DNA from: an uncultured archaeon
GTDB lineage: Archaea > Iainarchaeota > Iainarchaeia > Iainarchaeales > 0-14-0-20-30-16
DNA: 8,074 nucleotides
Direction of reading: 5' to 3'
NCBI GenBank assembly: GCA_964565125.1
Contig: CAZMCX010000020.1
Coordinates: forward strand, 2,806-10,879
Under the pieces are notes generated by a model. The model searched no databases and was not told where the DNA came from. It saw only the letters and a program-made list of their open reading frames with translations. The translations under genes were made by a program, and so were the position numbers. Shown here piece after piece: positions 5,837 through 8,074 of the stretch; the first letter of the stretch is position 1; the number at the start of each line of letters is the position of its first letter.

Positions 5837-6112
5837 TCAGCCCAAATACAAAAACTTCTGGTAATCTTTAAGTTCTAAAATAGGCCTGGTAAATAAAGCA
5901 TAGAATCTCTTAAACAAATCTTTTAGAGTGGGTTTTTCGTACTCAATAAACACAGAATTGTTAAATCTCTTAACTCTAAAGGCATATCCTACAGAATTTA
6001 ACTGCTTCTCAAAGAAAACTAATTCAGAAAAAGAGATTTTAGAATTGTTTTTATCCATTATTCTATCAAAAGAACCTATTATGTTTAACCGAAACATAAA
6101 ACCGCCGCCCAT
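5837..6112 (-). CDS. hypothetical protein, 91 aa
   Basis: This ORF is in the track. I recognise no motif. It is the first gene of a two-gene minus-strand unit, divergent from the 6282 gene. An alternative start at M6 (6097) is possible. Confidence 0.5.
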   Translation of the reverse strand: MGGGFMFRLNIIGSFDRIMDKNNSKISFSELVFFEKQLNSVGYAFRVKRFNNSVFIEYEKPTLKDLFKRFYALFTRPILELKDYQKFLYLG

Positions 6113-6249
6113 TTTTATAACCTAATTATATTACATATATTACTGACAGCAAAAGAAATATATACTTATCCGATAATTACCTTTAAATCATTATATCTTG
6201 ACAACAAATTATCATGATATGGGCATTTAAGGATAATATAACTATAACA

Positions 6250-6257
6250 TTTATATA
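6250..6257 (+). promoter_or_regulatory. TATA-box-like element upstream of the wHTH gene
   Basis: TTTATATA ends 24 nt before the ATG at 6282, and there is no SD in between. This is consistent with a leaderless archaeal-type transcript. Confidence 0.35.
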
Positions 6258-6281
6258 CATGTGTAAACTAAATAATACATT

Positions 6282-7373
6282 ATGGGAAAAACTAGTACTT
6301 CTGAACTAATTAAAAAAATCGTGTTATCATTGTCACAAGGAGAAAAATCAATAAATGAACTTGCAACAGAGATACCCGCCACATGGGAATCTGTTAGAGA
6401 CCACCTAGAAACTCTCAAAGCAGCCAACATACTAGAAGAAAGAGAAGAAGGCGGAAAAAGAATTTTCACAGTTAAAGAAAGAGCAACATGGAGAAATGAC
6501 ACTTACTTTGGACTACCTTTAGATCTAGAGAAAGAGAAATTAATTAAAGGAATATATTACCAAATAAAAATAAAGTGGGAAAGGATAAAAAACAAACCAA
6601 TCACCCAGACACAAGCACAAAAAATACTTTTTAGAACAAACAAAAAATTAAAATTGGGGATCCCTTTGGGGTGGTACCTATCTGGAGAAGTATCAACCCT
6701 TCCTTTTGATCACAGCGCAGATTATTCAGGGTTTACAATCACAAAAAAAATAGAGGAAGAATTAAACCCAATAATTGAAAAAACTGCAAAAGATCAGTTT
6801 GCTTATGAAACAAAAAATAAGCACTATGCAGAAGAACAAAACCCCACTTACCTAAAAAAAGAACTTATTCTAAAATTATTATACTCAAGCACATTTACAA
6901 AAAAATCAGTTAAAAGAATAAAAGATCATCTGTTAGAAATTGTAGGAACAGAACTTTCAAAATTAGATAAAGATACAGATGAAATTATACAGGCTTACTT
7001 CGACCTGCTTTATGATATTCCAACAAGACTAGAGGAAGAACAAATACAAATACATAAAAGAGAGATAATCCTTTCTTTTGAAGCGCTCTGGAAGCTTATT
7101 GCATTGCAAATTTATAAAAATGATTTAAAACAATTTTACGATACCAACATTTTAGAACAACATTTTATTCCCGGCATAGAGCAACAAAAAAAAGAAGCAA
7201 TTGATTTAGGTACAGAGTTACAAAACTTAATCCCCCCAGATGAAGAACCACAAGACGAAGAATATCTAAAGATAAAAGAACTTCTAAATCAAGATAGAAA
7301 AATAGATATTCAAAACATAAACAGACTAGAACCAGACCCAAACAAAAAAAGAATTACAATCTTAAATAATTAA
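6282..7373 (+). CDS. winged-helix (ArsR/MarR-like N-terminus) protein with about 300-aa uncharacterised helical C-terminal region
   Basis: This 363-aa ORF is the only long plus-strand gene. The N-terminus has wHTH topology (LIKKIVLSLSQGEKSINELATEIPATWESVRDHLETLKAANILEEREEGGKRIFTV). The remainder is K/E-rich, and I recognise no catalytic motif. The stop is TAA. Confidence 0.75.
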   Translation: MGKTSTSELIKKIVLSLSQGEKSINELATEIPATWESVRDHLETLKAANILEEREEGGKRIFTVKERATWRNDTYFGLPLDLEKEKLIKGIYYQIKIKWERIKNKPITQTQAQKILFRTNKKLKLGIPLGWYLSGEVSTLPFDHSADYSGFTITKKIEEELNPIIEKTAKDQFAYETKNKHYAEEQNPTYLKKELILKLLYSSTFTKKSVKRIKDHLLEIVGTELSKLDKDTDEIIQAYFDLLYDIPTRLEEEQIQIHKREIILSFEALWKLIALQIYKNDLKQFYDTNILEQHFIPGIEQQKKEAIDLGTELQNLIPPDEEPQDEEYLKIKELLNQDRKIDIQNINRLEPDPNKKRITILNN

Positions 7374-7786
7374 CAAACAAAATGTTCAGGAATTAATACT
7401 TTTATTTTTTTGCTTATTGGATAAAAATGAGGGGTGTTACGAGTAATAATAACATCAGCTTGCATTTTTTCCGCAAGTAGAACATGCAAGACATCTTTAT
7501 AATATTTAACAGAGATTTGCTTTGCCAAGGTTACTTCTTCTTCTGAATAACCACAACTCAAAATTTGTTTATTCTTCTTTAAAGAGCAAATCAAAATACT
7601 GTCTTCCTTAAAGATATTTGTATAATCAAGTTCATCTATTACCCAATCTGAAATTATTACTTGGTGCTTTTTTGATAACACTTTTGCAAAAAATCTTTTT
7701 GCAGGTTCAGATAAATCCTTTCCGGCTTTATTCTGTCTACTACAAAAATAATCCAAATACACGCAGGAATCCATATATAATCTCAC
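7370..7786 (-). CDS. PIN-domain (VapC-like) protein
   Basis: The 138-aa ORF has an N-terminal strand plus Asp (RLYMDSCVYL). It also has SDWVIDEL (Glu), YKDVLHVLLAEK..ADVIITRNTPHF (Asp98) and the D.LH...A....AD.i.TRN signature typical of VapC-like PINs. The usual final acidic residue in TRNxxDF is His here. The start is a GTG at 7786, with an ATG at 7774 as alternative. The stop is TAA. Confidence 0.75.
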   Translation of the reverse strand: MRLYMDSCVYLDYFCSRQNKAGKDLSEPAKRFFAKVLSKKHQVIISDWVIDELDYTNIFKEDSILICSLKKNKQILSCGYSEEEVTLAKQISVKYYKDVLHVLLAEKMQADVIITRNTPHFYPISKKIKVLIPEHFVC

Positions 7787-7808
7787 AATACAACTATGCT
7801 TTTTGTTA

Positions 7809-7816
7809 TATATAAA
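7809..7816 (-). promoter_or_regulatory. TATA-box-like element upstream of the PIN gene
   Basis: The minus strand reads TTTATATA, 22 nt upstream of the GTG at 7786. The spacing is the same as at abiEi. Confidence 0.35.
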
Positions 7817-7847
7817 AATATTTAAAATAATCAGATAAAAAATAGCA

Positions 7848-7875
7848 AAGAGAACCTGACTATTGCGGTTCTCTT
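7848..7875 (-). terminator. 9-bp stem hairpin followed by T-run on the minus strand
   Basis: AAGAGAACC (7848-7856) pairs with GGTTCTCTT (7867-7875) across a 10-nt loop. On the minus strand it is followed by TTGCTATTTTTTATC. Confidence 0.45.
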
Positions 7876-8009
7876 CCCCTGCCTGATTTAAAGTTTATAA
7901 CGGTTTCTATTGGCAGTAGAAACCCTTGTCTATTGGCAATGATAGCCATTTGCGTTCTAACTAAAGGTTTTTCCAAGCTATCTAAGTTCTGTTTCCCTGC
8001 TCTCAGTTT
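7876..8009 (-). ncRNA. candidate structured non-coding RNA or structured 3' UTR (speculative)
   Basis: This stretch is locally more GC-rich than the surrounding coding DNA. It has a perfect 8-bp hairpin, GGTTTCTA-ttggcag-TAGAAACC, at 7902-7924. An exact 10-nt direct repeat, TCTATTGGCA, occurs at 7906-7915 and 7929-7938. A 15-nt near-repeat, GTTCTCTTCCCCTGC (7868-7882) versus GTTCTGTTTCCCTGC (7986-8000), matches at 13 of 15 positions. I recognise no RNA family. Confidence 0.25.
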
Positions 8010-8074
8010 CTATTTAATCTTGTAAATCTCTTCTGCAAGCTTCTTGGAATCATGCCTTATTGCTACCCGATCGT
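8010..8074 (-). CDS. 3' end of a partial ORF entering from beyond the window
   Basis: The only open minus-strand frame at the edge reads ...DRVAIRHDSKKLAEEIYKIK. It is followed by a TAG at 8010-8012. Only 20 codons are visible, so no family can be assigned. Confidence 0.35.
   Translation of the reverse strand, partial: DRVAIRHDSKKLAEEIYKIK

Noticed and set aside
6198-6226. Bacterial sigma-70 promoter (perfect TTGACA at 6198-6203) in the divergent intergenic region
   Set aside because: No acceptable -10 hexamer lies at 16-18 nt spacing; GGGCAT and TATGGG are the only candidates. TATA-box-like elements at archaeal spacing explain both divergent genes better.
5928-6502. Track ORFs 5928-6125 (+) and 6251-6502 (-)
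   Set aside because: They are antisense overlaps of the 91-aa ORF and of the wHTH gene N-terminus respectively. The wHTH reading is strongly supported.
7618-7815. Plus-strand 65-aa track ORF
   Set aside because: It is antisense to the PIN-domain CDS and runs into the PIN promoter region.
7902-7938. CRISPR repeat-like sequence GTTTCTATTGGCAGTAGAAAC (GTTTC...GAAAC ends)
   Set aside because: There is only one full copy, plus a 10-nt partial repeat 23 nt away. There is no repeat-spacer periodicity, and the unit is shorter than typical CRISPR repeats. It is better described as a simple hairpin.
2548-8012. Genome-wide reassignment of TAG to a sense codon. The internal TAG at 3442, the terminal TAG at 2548 (followed by a TAA 3 codons later) and the TAG at 8010 (followed by 49 open codons) prompted the idea.
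   Set aside because: The ten other well-supported genes, roughly 2,000 codons, contain no in-frame TAG and end in TAA or TGA. TAG therefore behaves as an avoided or stop codon here. Three observations are too few, and a nonsense mutation plus chance explains them. Only site-specific read-through remains as a minor alternative.

Overview
The window is strongly AT-rich (roughly 30% G+C by eye) and gene-dense, with almost all genes on the minus strand.

**Left third: a tightly packed housekeeping operon.**
- hisS is at 1247-2485, with the start corrected to an internal ATG.
- It is followed by an 84-aa ORF, a 59-aa ORF I translated by hand, and a HAD-IA phosphatase at 63-800.

**Upstream of hisS: a split secreted-protein frame.**
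- The frame 2548-3693 carries a signal peptide.
- The ORF track splits it in two only because of one in-frame TAG at 3442-3444.

**3.7-7.9 kb: looks like an accessory toxin-antitoxin/defence islet.**
- A clear AbiEi/AbiEii (type IV TA) pair sits at 3821-5402. It is bracketed by imperfect direct repeats that share a GTTAGGCA core.
- An unrecognised two-gene operon follows: a 91-aa ORF plus a 43-aa SHOCT-like peptide with a strong SD.
- A divergently transcribed 363-aa winged-helix protein of unknown function comes next.
- A PIN-domain gene converges on it with overlapping stop codons. It has no adjacent antitoxin.
- The right edge holds a comparatively GC-rich, hairpin- and repeat-rich non-coding stretch (7848-8009). 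This lies downstream of a partial ORF that ends in TAG.

**Likely host.** TATA-like boxes sit 22-24 nt upstream of several first-gene start codons, which suggests leaderless mRNAs. Operon-internal genes have GGTGAT/GAGGTG SD sites. Together these suggest an AT-rich uncultivated archaeon (DPANN-like), but this is inference only.

**Nothing here can be shown to be a new system from sequence alone.** The best candidates for follow-up are:
- the repeat-bracketed AbiE cassette;
- the TAG-interrupted secreted protein;
- the wHTH/PIN convergent pair;
- the structured 7.85-8.0 kb region;
- a HisRS lacking two near-invariant arginines.
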